A stretch of DNA of 64,000 nucleotides from Frankiales bacterium (GCA_016125335.1 WGLY01000006.1:1-64000); one strand, 5' to 3'; counted from the first letter of the stretch, positions 9,510 to 21,665 are shown. Translations and numbers: made by a program. The notes: generated by a model from the letters alone, not told the origin.

Positions 9510-9570
9510 GCCACCCACCTCTCGCCGTGCCCGCAGCCCGCTCCGCGCCGTGCGGCGCGCACCCACCGGA

Positions 9571-10428
9571 TCATCCGCGCGCCCAGGCCGCGGCCACCTC
9601 GACGGCGTCGCGGCTGCCGCGCACGTCGTGCACGCGCACGCACCAGGCGCCGGCGAGCGCGGCGATGGCGCTCACGGCGTCGGTGGCGTCGTCGCGCGCG
9701 TCCAGGGGGCGGGGCTCGCCGTCGGCCGCGAGGAGCGTGCCCAGGAACCGCTTGCGCGAGGCGCCGAGCAGCACCGGGCGCCCCAGCGCCAGGAGCCGGT
9801 CGAGGTGGTGCAGCAGCGCCCAGTTGTGCGCGGCCTCCTTGGCGAAGCCGAGGCCCGGGTCCAGCACCACCGACCGCGGGTCGACGCCGGCCGCCACCGC
9901 GTCCGCGTCGCGGGCCGCCAGCTCGCCGACCACGTCGTCGACGACGTCGTCGTAGACCGCGAGCTCGTGCATGCGGTCGCCGTAGCCGCGCCAGTGCATG
10001 GCGACGTAGGGGACGCCGAGCGAGGCGACCGTGGGCAGGATGCCCGGGTCGGACAGCCCGCCGCTGACGTCGTTGACCACCGCGGCGCCCGCCTCGACGC
10101 AGGCGCGCGCCACCTCGGCCCTCATGGTGTCGATGCTGACGACGACGCCCGCGCCGACGAGGTCGCGCACCACCGGCAGCACGCGGTCGAGCTCGGTGCC
10201 GGGGTCGGTGCGCACCGCGCCGGGACGGGTGGACTCGCCGCCGACGTCCACGAGGTCCGCGCCGTCGCGCACCATCGCCAGCCCGTGCGCCACCGCGTCG
10301 TCGCGGTCGAGCCAGCGGCCGCCGTCGGAGAACGAGTCCGGCGTCACGTTGAGCACGCCCATCACCAGGCAGCGGTCCAGCGCCGCCAGTCGGGACGGCA
10401 GGCCGAGGGGGTGACGGTCGTCGCGCAT
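9571..10428 (-). CDS. folP: Dihydropteroate synthase
   Basis: Pterin-binding barrel motifs: MGVLNVTPDSFSDGG, VDVGGESTRPG, NDVSGG, SRKRFLG. Confidence 0.9.
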   Translation of the reverse strand: MRDDRHPLGLPSRLAALDRCLVMGVLNVTPDSFSDGGRWLDRDDAVAHGLAMVRDGADLVDVGGESTRPGAVRTDPGTELDRVLPVVRDLVGAGVVVSIDTMRAEVARACVEAGAAVVNDVSGGLSDPGILPTVASLGVPYVAMHWRGYGDRMHELAVYDDVVDDVVGELAARDADAVAAGVDPRSVVLDPGLGFAKEAAHNWALLHHLDRLLALGRPVLLGASRKRFLGTLLAADGEPRPLDARDDATDAVSAIAALAGAWCVRVHDVRGSRDAVEVAAAWARG

Positions 10429-10435
10429 GCCGCGC

Positions 10436-11056
10436 TCAGCCGACGATGAGGCTCATCGCCTCGGCGCGCGTGGCCGGGTCGCGCAGCTGTCCGCGCACGG
10501 CGCTGGTGGTCGTGCGCGCCCCCGGCTTGCGGATGCCGCGCATCGACATGCACAGGTGCTCGCACTGGATGACGACGATGACCCCGCGCGGCTCGAGCAG
10601 GCGCACCAGCGCGTCGGCGATCTGGGTGGTGAGCCGCTCCTGCACCTGCGGGCGGCGCGCGAAGACCTCCACCAGCCGGGCCAGCTTGGACAGCCCGGTG
10701 ATGCGCCCGTCCGCCCCGGGGATGTAGCCCACGTGCGCCACGCCGTGGAAGGGCACGAGGTGGTGCTCGCAGGTGGAGTACACCTCGATGTCCTGCACGA
10801 GGACCATCTCGTCGTGGCCGAGGTCGAACGTCGTGGTCAGGACGTCGTCGGGCCGCTGCCGCAGGCCGGCGAACATCTCCGCGTAGGACCGGGCCACGCG
10901 GGCCGGGGTGTCGCGCAGGCCGTCGCGGTCCGGGTCCTCGCCGATGCCGATGAGCAGCTCGCGGACGGCGGCCTCGACGCGTGGGGCGTCGAACGCGCCG
11001 GGCACGACGTCCGGCACGTGGACAGGATCGACCCCCGCGTGCGCCTCGCCGGTCAC
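10436..11056 (-). CDS. folE: GTP cyclohydrolase I
   Basis: Motifs [27 protein letters not shown] and [13 protein letters not shown]. Confidence 0.92.
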   Translation of the reverse strand: MTGEAHAGVDPVHVPDVVPGAFDAPRVEAAVRELLIGIGEDPDRDGLRDTPARVARSYAEMFAGLRQRPDDVLTTTFDLGHDEMVLVQDIEVYSTCEHHLVPFHGVAHVGYIPGADGRITGLSKLARLVEVFARRPQVQERLTTQIADALVRLLEPRGVIVVIQCEHLCMSMRGIRKPGARTTTSAVRGQLRDPATRAEAMSLIVG

Positions 11057-11063
11057 CGCCGGG

Positions 11064-13133
<2,070 letters not shown>

Positions 13134-13347
13134 GACGCGGGGCCCGTGGCCCCGTCCCTCCTGCCGTTCACCGGTGCTGGCCCTGGGGCGGCCGGGGGGT
13201 CCGGCCGGGCCTCACGAGTCCCTCGACGGTACACCGGAGGACGACGCGCTGCCGTCCCGCGGTGGGCCGAGCGGCCCGCTGTTCAGCAGGGACGACGCGC
13301 CCCGGCGGGCCCGGGTTCCCGGGTTCACCCCGGGCGAACGCGGCGGC

Positions 13348-13899
13348 TCAGCTGTAGACGTGCGGGGCCAGGGTGCCGACCACCCGCAGGTTGCGGTACT
13401 TCTCGGCGTAGTCGAGGCCGTAGCCGACCACGAACTCGTTGGGGATGTCGAACCCGACGTAGCGGACGTCGACGGCCACCTTCACGGCGTCCGGCTTGCG
13501 CAGCATGGTGAGCACCTCGACCGACGCCGGCCCGCGCGAGCGCAGGTTGCGCAGCAGCCACGACAGCGTGAGCCCGGAGTCGAGGATGTCCTCGACCACG
13601 AGCACGTGCCGCCCGGTGATGTCGCGGTCGAGGTCCTTGAGGATGCGCACCACGCCGGAGGACTTCGTGCCCGACCCGTAGGACGAGACGGCCATCCAGT
13701 CCATCTCCACCGGCGCCTCGAGCGCCCGGGACAGGTCCGCCATGAGCATCACCGCGCCCTTGAGCACGCCGACGAGCAGGAGGTCCTTGCCGGCGTAGTC
13801 GGCGTCGATCTGGGCGGCCAGCTCGCGCACCTTGGCGCCGAGCGCGTCCTCGTCGACGAGGACCTTCTCGAGGTCGGCTCCGAGGCTGGCGGCATCCAT
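13348..13899 (-). CDS. hpt: Hypoxanthine-guanine phosphoribosyltransferase
   Basis: PRPP-binding loop ([14 protein letters not shown]), 183 aa. Conserved position next to tilS. Confidence 0.92.
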   Translation of the reverse strand: MDAASLGADLEKVLVDEDALGAKVRELAAQIDADYAGKDLLLVGVLKGAVMLMADLSRALEAPVEMDWMAVSSYGSGTKSSGVVRILKDLDRDITGRHVLVVEDILDSGLTLSWLLRNLRSRGPASVEVLTMLRKPDAVKVAVDVRYVGFDIPNEFVVGYGLDYAEKYRNLRVVGTLAPHVYS

Positions 13900-13929
13900 C
13901 GGGTCTCCTGGCGGTTCGGTGGGAGTCGG

Positions 13930-14985
13930 TCAGTCAGGGAGGACGCCGCTGCGCGCGCCGGCGCCCGCTTGCCCGGGACGGACGCCGCCCGCGAGGGGCG
14001 GTGCGGTCGGCCGCGTGCAGAGCCTCCCATAGGCGCGGTAGGCCTCGACACCGCCCGGCAGCGCGACGCCGCCCTGCCCCTTCCAGGCGGTGACCAGCGC
14101 GGTGACGCGGCGCACGTGCGCGGCCGACAGCGACCCGGGCGGGCAGCCGGCGTCCACCAGCCACGTGCGCACCACCCGGGAGAGCACCGCCCGGTGCAGC
14201 CCGGCGAGGGAGTCGACGTCGAGCGTGCCCTCGTCGCGCGCGCCGTGCAGCAGGTCCCACACCACCTCGTCGGCGAGCTCGGCCAGGGCGTCGGCGTCGT
14301 CGCGGGCGAGGGCCGCCGTGCGGGCCAGGGCCTCGGCGACGCCGGGCCCGAGCTCGCGCTCGAGCACGGGCAGCACGCGGTGGCGCACCCGGGCCCGGGT
14401 GTAGCGGTCGTCGGCGTTGTGGGGGTCGTCCACCACCACCGCGTCGGCGGGGAGGGAGGCGCGGACGACGTCGCGGCGCAGGTCGAGCAGCGGACGCCGG
14501 ATCAGCCCGCGGGCCCGCGGCATGCCGGCGAGGCTGCGCAGGCCCGAGCCCCGCGCCAGGCCCAGCAGCACCGTCTCGGCCTGGTCGTCGAGGGTGTGCC
14601 CGAGGAGCACGGCCGCGGCGCCGAGCCGCAGGGCGGTGGCGTGCAGGGCCCGGTGGCGCACCTCGCGGGCCGCGGCCTCCGGCCCGTCGGCGGAGTCCTC
14701 CGGCACGGTGACGGCGACGACCTCCACCGGGTCGAGGCCGGCCGCTCGCAGCTGCTCGGCCGTGGCGGAAGCCTCGTCGGCCGACCCGGCGCGCAGTCCG
14801 TGGTCGACGACGACGGCACCCACCCGCGAGCGCTCGGCCCGCGCCGCAAGGGCCAGGGCCAGGGAGTCCGCCCCGCCGCTGCACGCCACGAGCACCAGGG
14901 CGTCGGCGGGGACGGCGTCCGCACCGGACGGGCCGGCGAGGTCCTCGCGGACCGCGCGCCGCACCAGCAGGCGCGGGTCGCTCAT
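13930..14985 (-). CDS. tilS: tRNA(Ile)-lysidine synthetase
   Basis: PP-loop (SGGADS). ATG overlaps the stop of the upstream gene (ATGA). Confidence 0.88.
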   Translation of the reverse strand: MSDPRLLVRRAVREDLAGPSGADAVPADALVLVACSGGADSLALALAARAERSRVGAVVVDHGLRAGSADEASATAEQLRAAGLDPVEVVAVTVPEDSADGPEAAAREVRHRALHATALRLGAAAVLLGHTLDDQAETVLLGLARGSGLRSLAGMPRARGLIRRPLLDLRRDVVRASLPADAVVVDDPHNADDRYTRARVRHRVLPVLERELGPGVAEALARTAALARDDADALAELADEVVWDLLHGARDEGTLDVDSLAGLHRAVLSRVVRTWLVDAGCPPGSLSAAHVRRVTALVTAWKGQGGVALPGGVEAYRAYGRLCTRPTAPPLAGGVRPGQAGAGARSGVLPD

Positions 14986-16025
14986 GCGAGGAGGTCCGGC
15001 GCGACCCTCGCGCACCACGCGGACGGGTCGAGCACCTCGTCGCGGGTGGGCAGGTTCTCCGCGCGCTCCCAGACCCGGTTGAAGCCGTCGCGGCCCACGA
15101 GACCCACGGCGCCGGTCACGAAGGCACGGCCCTCGGTGTACTGGCGCAGCTTCGCGTCGAGGCCGAGCACGCGGCGGGCGAGGCCGTCGACGGCGCCCGG
15201 CTCGGAGCGGCGTCGCTCGAACCGGGCCCGGATCGTGGCCACCGTCGGGACGATCTCCGGGCCCACGTCGTCCATGACGTGGTCCGCGTGGCCCTCGAGC
15301 AGGCTCATGAGCGCGGTGATGCGGTCGAGCACGACGCGCTGCTCGGGCGACTGCACGGCGTCCACGATCGATGCGTTCTCCTCGCCCCGCACCGCTGCCA
15401 GCACCGCGGTGAGGGCCTTGGCGAAGCGGCGCGCGGCGTCGCCGGCGGAGACCTCGCTCAGCATGAGGTAGTCGTGGATCTCGCCGACGAGGTGCGGGCC
15501 GAGCCACGGCACGGCGCCGAACTGCACGCGGTGGGTCTCCTCGTGCAGGCACACCCACAGCCGGAAGTCGCGCGGGTCGACGCCGAGCTGCCGCTCGGCC
15601 GCGACGATGTTGGGCGCCACCAGCAGCAGCCGGCCGTCGCCGGAGGCGGTGAACGCCTCGAACTGGCCCAGCACCTTGCTCGACAGGTAGCCCAGGACGC
15701 CGCCCATCTGGAGCGCGGTCACCCGCGACCCGACCGCGGTGACGACCGAGGGCTGCTCGGTGGCCATGCGCTCGAGCAGGGGCGCGAGCACCACGCGGAA
15801 GCCGTCGACGTTGCTGTCGATCCAGCTCGTGCGGTCGACCACGACCGCCTCGCCGGCCGCGCCCGCGGACAGGCCGGTGCGCTCGCGGACCGGGCCCTCG
15901 GCGTAGCGGGCGAGGGCGCGCAGCTCGGCGACTGCGGAGCGGGCGGCCTCCGGCGTCGAGGAGGGGCCGGACGCCGCGACCCGGCGCCCGGTGGAGCGGG
16001 CGAGCCCCCAGTCGATGACCTCCAC
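14982..16025 (-). CDS. Zinc-dependent metalloprotease-like protein (DUF2342 family)
   Basis: HEETH motif (CLHEETHRVQF). Conserved actinobacterial neighbour of tilS/dacB. Confidence 0.75.
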   Translation of the reverse strand: MEVIDWGLARSTGRRVAASGPSSTPEAARSAVAELRALARYAEGPVRERTGLSAGAAGEAVVVDRTSWIDSNVDGFRVVLAPLLERMATEQPSVVTAVGSRVTALQMGGVLGYLSSKVLGQFEAFTASGDGRLLLVAPNIVAAERQLGVDPRDFRLWVCLHEETHRVQFGAVPWLGPHLVGEIHDYLMLSEVSAGDAARRFAKALTAVLAAVRGEENASIVDAVQSPEQRVVLDRITALMSLLEGHADHVMDDVGPEIVPTVATIRARFERRRSEPGAVDGLARRVLGLDAKLRQYTEGRAFVTGAVGLVGRDGFNRVWERAENLPTRDEVLDPSAWCARVAPDLLA

Positions 16026-16072
16026 CCGGCGACCCTACGTCAGCGGCGCGGGCGCGGGACCCGCCCGACCGG

Positions 16073-17518
16073 TCAGCCCGCGAGGGCCGCGGCGGCCCGG
16101 TCGAGCGCCGTGCGCGAGTCGAGCTGCGGGCCGACGGTGCGGTCGGCGAGGTAGGCGAACGCGAGCAGGCGCCCGTGCGGGTCGCGGACCAGGCCCGCCA
16201 GGCAGTCGACGCCGGTGAGCGTGCCGGTCTTGGCCCGCACCACGCCGCGGCCCTGCGTGGTGCCCGACGCCCCGAAGCGCAGCGCGAGCGTGCCGGTCGC
16301 GCCGGCCACGGGCAGGCCCGACGACGCCGGCCACAGCACGCCCGCCGTCGCGCCCGCGGGGGGTGCGTCCGCGGCGATCGCGGCGAGGGTGCGCACCAGG
16401 GTGGCGGGCGGCACGACGTCCTGGAGCGACAGCCCGCTGCCGTCCTCGAGGTGGACGCCGGCCACGGGGACGCCGAGCGAGGTGAGCGTGGCGGTTGTGG
16501 CCGCGGCGCCGCCGGCGAAGCTGGCCGCGCCGCCGAGCGCACCGCCGGCGAGGTGGGCCAGCGCCTCGGCGAGCGTGTCGTCGGACTCGGTGAGCATCCG
16601 CTCGACGAGCTGGGCGACCGTGGGGCTCTGCACCTCGGCGAGCTGCTGCGCCCCGCTGGCCGCGCGCACCCGCGTCACCGCGCCGAGCACCGTGATCCCC
16701 GCGGCGCGCAGGCCGGCGACGAAGGCGTCGCCGGCGGCCAGCGCGGGGTCGGCGTCGCGCGACCGGCTGCTCGCGGACCGCTGGCCCTGGTCGACCGAGA
16801 GCGCGGACACCGGCCCGATGACGCCGGAGGAGACGTACCCCGAGGGCCAGCCGGCCGCCGTGCGCGGGCCGGTGAACAGCGAGTCGTCGACGTGGACGGT
16901 GACCGAGCCGCGGCCGGAGGCGTGCAGCGCCTTCACCGTCGCGGCCACCAGGGCGCTCAGGCTCGCCGGCCGCGCGGCCTGGCCGGCTACGGGGCTCGGG
17001 GCAGGCGCGCGGGTGAGCGTCGCGTCGCCCCCGCCCACCAGCACGACGTCGCGCGGGGTCGCGCCCTGCACCACCCGGGTCGAGAGCCGCGCGTCGTCGC
17101 CCAGGGCGCGCAGCACCGTGACGGCCGTGAGCAGCTTGAGCGTGCTGGCCGGCTTCTGCGGCCGCGTCGGCGCGAGCCCCACGATGCGCGTGCCCGTCGC
17201 GACGTCGATGACGTCGGCGGCCACGTCCGGGCCGAGCGCGCGGGTGCCGAGCGCGGCGCGCACCTGCGCCACCAGCGCGGTGTCGACCGGGGCGGGGCCG
17301 GTGAGCGCTCCGGTGGTGGCCGGGAGCACCGTCGCGGGCACGGGCGGCACGGCGGGTGCGGCGAGCAGCGCCGGGGACGCCGAGGCCGCCGGGCCCGCGG
17401 CGACCGCCGCCGCGACCAGCGCCGCGGCGACCGCGACGAGCCGGCGCGGTCGCGCCGCCCGGACCCCTGCGCCCACCGTCGTCCCCCGTCCTCGTGTCGC
17501 CCGCGTGACTCCGGTCAC
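16073..17518 (-). CDS. dacB: D-alanyl-D-alanine carboxypeptidase/endopeptidase (PBP4, S13 family)
   Basis: Signal peptide. SxxK active-site motif (STLKLLT). KTG-like motif (KTGTL). ~480 aa. Confidence 0.85.
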   Translation of the reverse strand: MTGVTRATRGRGTTVGAGVRAARPRRLVAVAAALVAAAVAAGPAASASPALLAAPAVPPVPATVLPATTGALTGPAPVDTALVAQVRAALGTRALGPDVAADVIDVATGTRIVGLAPTRPQKPASTLKLLTAVTVLRALGDDARLSTRVVQGATPRDVVLVGGGDATLTRAPAPSPVAGQAARPASLSALVAATVKALHASGRGSVTVHVDDSLFTGPRTAAGWPSGYVSSGVIGPVSALSVDQGQRSASSRSRDADPALAAGDAFVAGLRAAGITVLGAVTRVRAASGAQQLAEVQSPTVAQLVERMLTESDDTLAEALAHLAGGALGGAASFAGGAAATTATLTSLGVPVAGVHLEDGSGLSLQDVVPPATLVRTLAAIAADAPPAGATAGVLWPASSGLPVAGATGTLALRFGASGTTQGRGVVRAKTGTLTGVDCLAGLVRDPHGRLLAFAYLADRTVGPQLDSRTALDRAAAALAG

Positions 17519-17666
17519 GTCATCGTCCCGGAGCGGCCCGCGAAGGCTGCCGTGTGCGGAACACTAGGCGACGGCCCGGCCTCCGCCGGACCGCCCACCA
17601 CGCGACGCCGACGTCCCGACGGACCCGTGCGGCCGCGGCCCGTCCGACGCCAGGAGTGACACCGCC

Positions 17667-18188
17667 GTGGAGTTCGACGTCACCATCGAGATCCCCGCAG
17701 GCAGCCGCAACAAGTACGAGGTCGACCACGAGAGCGGTCGCATCCGGCTCGACCGGATGCTGTTCACCTCCACGCGCTACCCGCACGACTACGGGTTCGT
17801 CGACGGCACCCTGGGCCTCGACGGCGACCCGCTCGACGCCATGGTGCTCGTCGACGAGCCGACCTTCCCGGGCTGCCTCATCCGGTGCCGGGCCATCGGC
17901 ATGTTCCGCATGACCGACGAGGCCGGCGGCGACGACAAGGTGCTCTGCGTCCCGGCGGGCGACCCCCGCCTCGAGCACATCCGCGACATCCACCACGTGC
18001 CCGAGTTCGACCGGCTGGAGATCCAGCACTTCTTCGAGGTCTACAAGGACCTCGAGCCCGGCAAGTCGGTCGAGGGCGCCTCGTGGACCGGGCGCGCCGA
18101 GGCCGAGGCCGAGATCCACGAGTCGCTGCGCCGTCACCAGGAGCACGAGGCCCAGGCCGAGTCCGAGATCGAGGACGCCTCCCACTGA
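17667..18188 (+). CDS. ppa: Inorganic pyrophosphatase (family I)
   Basis: Motifs NKYEVDH and [13 protein letters not shown] start with upstream AGGAG. Confidence 0.93.
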   Translation: MEFDVTIEIPAGSRNKYEVDHESGRIRLDRMLFTSTRYPHDYGFVDGTLGLDGDPLDAMVLVDEPTFPGCLIRCRAIGMFRMTDEAGGDDKVLCVPAGDPRLEHIRDIHHVPEFDRLEIQHFFEVYKDLEPGKSVEGASWTGRAEAEAEIHESLRRHQEHEAQAESEIEDASH

Positions 18189-18256
18189 GCCGTCGTTACT
18201 GCCGCAACGACCGGAAACCCGCGCCGGTCTCCGCGCTTTCCGGCAGTAACGACGAG
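18189..18256. terminator. Nested inverted-repeat hairpin between convergent ppa and NlpC/P60 genes (candidate bidirectional terminator)
   Basis: Outer stem CGTCGTTACTGCCG...CGGCAGTAACGACG. Inner stem CCGGAAAc...gTTTCCGG. Located right after the ppa stop. Confidence 0.6.
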
Positions 18257-18260
18257 GGGG

Positions 18261-19637
18261 TCAGGGGCGGGCGCCCACGGGCACGAGCTCGGACTGCCAG
18301 ATCGTCTGGAACTTGACGTGGTCGCCGGTGTGCGGCGCCTCCACCATGAGGCCGTTGCCGGCGTACATGCCCACGTGGTGGATGGTGCCCCAGTCGTTGG
18401 GGTCGGTGGCGAAGAAGACCAGGTCGCCGGGGCGCAGCCGGGAGACCGGGATCTTCTCGCCCGCGGCGAACTGCGCCTGGGAGTACTGGATCATCGACAC
18501 CCCGACGTGGGCGTACGACGCCGAGGTGAGCCCGCTGCAGTCGTAGCCGTCGGGGCCGTGCTCCCCGGCGACGTACGGCTTGCCGAGCTGGGTCTTCGCG
18601 AAGGCCAGGGCGCCGAGCCGCTGCGCCTGCGTGGTGACCGAGCGGCCCTGCGGCCAGGCCCGCGGCGCTCCCCCGCTGTCGGCGGGCGGGCGTCCGCCGG
18701 ATCCGGCGTGCTCGCGCGCGAGCCGGGCGGCCTCCGCGGCGGCGGCCGCACGCGCGGCCGCGAGGCGCCGGGCGCGCGCCTGGCGCAGCGCCTCGGCCCG
18801 GGCCGCGGCCAGCCGTGACTCCCGCGTCTGGGCGCCGGCGAGCAGGCGGGCGGCGGTGTCGCGCTGCGCGGTGAGCCGGGCGACCTCGTCGCGCTGGGAC
18901 GCCTCGAGGTCCTGCACCGCGGTGGCCGCGGCGGCCACGCGGTCGCGGGTGGCGGCCAGGTCCGCGCTCGAGCGGGCCGCGGCCGCGAGCGCCTGCGCCG
19001 CCTGGAGGCGCAGCGTGACGGCGGAGTCGAGGTCGTGGCGGCGGCTCGCGGTCACCGCGCCCACCGCGGCGACGCGGTCGGCCAGGGACGAGATGCCGCC
19101 CGGGCGGAACACGCTGTCGACGACGGCGGCCCACTGGCCCAGGCCGCCGCTGAGGTCGGCGCCCACCTGGTAGCTGGCCGCGGCGAGGCGGTCGACGTCG
19201 GCCTGCGCGCCGGCGGCGGTGTCCTGCGCGGCCCGGGCGGCCGCCTGCGCCGTCGCGAGCCGGCCCGCCGCGGCGTCCGCCTCGGCCCGGGCGGCGTCCC
19301 ACCGCTCGACGGCCTGCTCCACCCGGGTGTCGAGGGCGTCGAGGCGGCGCTGCGCGGCGGCGACGAGGGCACGGGCCCGGGTCAGCCGCGCGGCCGCGGC
19401 GACCGCGGCGTCGTGGGCGCGCCGGACCGAGGCGGCGCTCGGCGGCGAGCCGGGCGGCCCGTGCGGCGTGGCGCCGGCGGGCGCGGGACCGAGCAGCCCG
19501 AGGGCCAGCAGGCCGCCGAGGACGGACGCGACCGCACGACGCGGTCGGGCGCTTCCTCGGACGCGGGCCACGCTGGCCTCCCGGGCGGCTGGCGGACCGC
19601 CGGAGGGACGCGGCGGCCCGACCGACGGTAGTCCCAC
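18261..19637 (-). CDS. NlpC/P60 peptidoglycan endopeptidase with N-terminal coiled-coil (RipA-like)
   Basis: Signal peptide. Long Ala/Arg-rich coiled coil. C-terminal NlpC/P60 domain (YDCSGLTSASYAHVG...HHVGMY). Confidence 0.85.
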   Translation of the reverse strand: MGLPSVGPPRPSGGPPAAREASVARVRGSARPRRAVASVLGGLLALGLLGPAPAGATPHGPPGSPPSAASVRRAHDAAVAAAARLTRARALVAAAQRRLDALDTRVEQAVERWDAARAEADAAAGRLATAQAAARAAQDTAAGAQADVDRLAAASYQVGADLSGGLGQWAAVVDSVFRPGGISSLADRVAAVGAVTASRRHDLDSAVTLRLQAAQALAAAARSSADLAATRDRVAAAATAVQDLEASQRDEVARLTAQRDTAARLLAGAQTRESRLAAARAEALRQARARRLAAARAAAAAEAARLAREHAGSGGRPPADSGGAPRAWPQGRSVTTQAQRLGALAFAKTQLGKPYVAGEHGPDGYDCSGLTSASYAHVGVSMIQYSQAQFAAGEKIPVSRLRPGDLVFFATDPNDWGTIHHVGMYAGNGLMVEAPHTGDHVKFQTIWQSELVPVGARP

Positions 19638-19743
19638 CAGTCACACGGACACCACCCGTCACAGCGATCGTGACCCCGCCGTGCCCCGCCGGACCGCCCG
19701 GAGGTGGCCGGGAGCGCGTGCTCCCGGCCACCCCTGGGGCGGC

Positions 19744-21237
19744 TCAGACCTGCGCGGCCGGCGCGGCGACCGCGTTCGCGGGCGACGGCGCGGTGGGCGT
19801 CGCGGCCCGGGCGTGCGCGCCGTCCGGGACCGGCGCCGCCGGGCGCGCCGGGACACCGGCCAGGAACTGCTTGGCCACCGAGAGCGCGCTGCCCCCGCTC
19901 GCCACCAGCTGCGCGAGCGCGTCCTGCACGCCCTCGGCCCCGTTGAGCACCACGAACGAGTCGATGCCCTGGAACGCCGAGGCCCCGGCGGCCACGATCG
20001 CCGCGTAGTCCTGCGCGATCTGCTGGGCGATCACCGCCTCCTGGTTGTGCGCCAGCGCGTCGGCACGTGCCTGGATGGCACGCGCCTCGGCCAGGCCCTG
20101 CGCCTCGGTGGCCGCGGCGGTCGCGAGCCCCGCCGCCTCGGTCGCCCGCGCGGCCGCGAGACCCGTGGCCTGGGTGGCCGCGGCCTCCGCCTCGCCGGTG
20201 GCGCGCGTGGCGGCGGCCCGCGCCTCGGCCTCGGTGGTCACGCGCGTGGCCTGCGCCACCGCGGTCAGCTCCGTCTCGCGCTTGGCCGCCTCCGCCGCGA
20301 ACACCCGTGCGTCGCGGTCGGCCTCGGCCAGCGTGCGCTGGCGGTAGGCCTCGGCGTCCGCCGGCTTGCGGACGTCGGACTCGAGGCGCTTCTCGGCCAG
20401 GTCGGCCGAGAGCTGGGCCGCCCTCGTCTCGGCGACGACGACGTCCTGCCGGGCCATCGCCTCCGAGAGCGGGCCGGCCTGCTGCGCCGCGGCGCGGGCC
20501 CGGTCGACCTCGGCCTGGAAGCCGGCCTGCTTGATCGACGCCTCGCGCACGGCCGCGGCCTTGAGCGCGCTCGCCTCCTGCTCGGCCTGCGTCGCCTCCT
20601 GGTCGCGCTGCGCCTGCGCGATCCGGGCCGCCGCCGCCACGGCGGCCGCGTGCGGCGCGCCGAGGTTGACGATGTAGCCCGTGGCGTCGTCGATCTCCTG
20701 GATCTGGAGCGAGTCGACCTGGAGCCCCAGCTTGGCCATCTCGTCGGACGACGACGCCCGCACCTCGTTGGTCAGCCGCTCCCGCTGGCGGATCATCTCC
20801 TCCACGGTCAGGCCGCCCACGATCGAGCGCAGGTGGCCGGAGAACACGTCGTGGATCGTCGCGTTCATCACCTGCTGCTGGTCGAGCCAGCGGCGGGCCG
20901 CGTTCGAGATCGACCTCGGGTCGTCGCCCACCTTGTAGATGACGACCCCGCGGACGGTCAGGGCGATTCCCTGCTGGGTCACGCAGTCGACCTCGAGCCG
21001 CGTCGAGCGCGAGTCGAGCGAGAGCCGCCGGGCCACCTGGAAGCCGGGGACGACGGCGGCGCCCTTCCCGACCACGATCTTGAAGTCGGCGCCCGCCTCG
21101 CTCTCGCCGCGGGCGCCGAGCCCGGTGACGATGAGCGCCTGGTTGGGCTCGGCGACGCGCCACGTCATCTTGAACAGCACGACGACGACGAGCAGCGCGA
21201 CGACGGCAGCGACGCCGACGACAGCGACGAACGGCAT
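19744..21237 (-). CDS. Flotillin-like SPFH/Band-7 protein
   Basis: N-terminal TM anchor. SPFH core. Long Ala/Glu/Gln-rich coiled-coil flotillin tail (EA repeats). Confidence 0.88.
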   Translation of the reverse strand: MPFVAVVGVAAVVALLVVVVLFKMTWRVAEPNQALIVTGLGARGESEAGADFKIVVGKGAAVVPGFQVARRLSLDSRSTRLEVDCVTQQGIALTVRGVVIYKVGDDPRSISNAARRWLDQQQVMNATIHDVFSGHLRSIVGGLTVEEMIRQRERLTNEVRASSSDEMAKLGLQVDSLQIQEIDDATGYIVNLGAPHAAAVAAAARIAQAQRDQEATQAEQEASALKAAAVREASIKQAGFQAEVDRARAAAQQAGPLSEAMARQDVVVAETRAAQLSADLAEKRLESDVRKPADAEAYRQRTLAEADRDARVFAAEAAKRETELTAVAQATRVTTEAEARAAATRATGEAEAAATQATGLAAARATEAAGLATAAATEAQGLAEARAIQARADALAHNQEAVIAQQIAQDYAAIVAAGASAFQGIDSFVVLNGAEGVQDALAQLVASGGSALSVAKQFLAGVPARPAAPVPDGAHARAATPTAPSPANAVAAPAAQV

Positions 21238-21280
21238 GACGGATCACTCCTTCGCGCCCGCGGGTGCGGGCAGGGACGGG

Positions 21281-21389
21281 CCGTGCGCACGACAGCCGTG
21301 GCACGGGTGGAGAGCGCCGTGCGCACGAGAGCCGTGGCACGGGTGACGAGGTCGTGCGCACGACGGGCGTGGCACGGGTGGACGGCGCC
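21281..21389. repeat. Three tandem 36-bp direct repeats, each carrying two palindromes (GTGCGCAC and CCGTGgCACGG), in the flotillin leader
   Basis: Read directly: units at 21281-21316, 21317-21352 and 21353-21389. Intergenic, between the NfeD-like ORF and the flotillin start. Confidence 0.85.
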
Positions 21390-21449
21390 GGGCGCCGTGA
21401 GGAGCCGCGCGGTCCGGGACCGACGACGGCGAGCGGGACTACGGGGCTG

Positions 21450-21665
21450 CTAGGGCGCGTACGCCGGCGAGACGTACACCGTGCGCGGCGGCGCGAACTC
21501 GACGACGACGGCGAGCGAGCCCACGGCCAGCGCGTCGCCCGGCACTGCGGGGTAGGCGGTGAAGGCCTCGGTCCCCCCGCGGACGGGCAGCACGACCTCG
21601 CCGGTCAGCCCGGCGCCGACGGCGCCGCTGACGACACCGGTCAGCCCCACGGGTGTGGTGCTCAT
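21450..21665 (-). CDS. Small NfeD-like (OB-fold) protein upstream of flotillin
   Basis: 71 aa. ATG with strong GAGGAGG RBS. Gly/Val-rich beta-strand pattern reminiscent of the NfeD C-terminal domain. Assignment tentative. Confidence 0.45.
   Translation of the reverse strand: MSTTPVGLTGVVSGAVGAGLTGEVVLPVRGGTEAFTAYPAVPGDALAVGSLAVVVEFAPPRTVYVSPAYAP

Noticed and set aside
9135-9566. Longer folB start at 9566 (143 aa)
   Set aside because: The extra N-terminal 19 residues are Arg-rich and unalignable to FolB. The GTG at 9509 aligns with the FolB N-terminus and has a GGTGG RBS. Kept as an alternative.
21281-21389. Possibility that the three 36-bp repeats are a CRISPR array
   Set aside because: The repeats are contiguous with no spacers, and only three units are present. 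The internal palindromes are too short and no cas genes are nearby.
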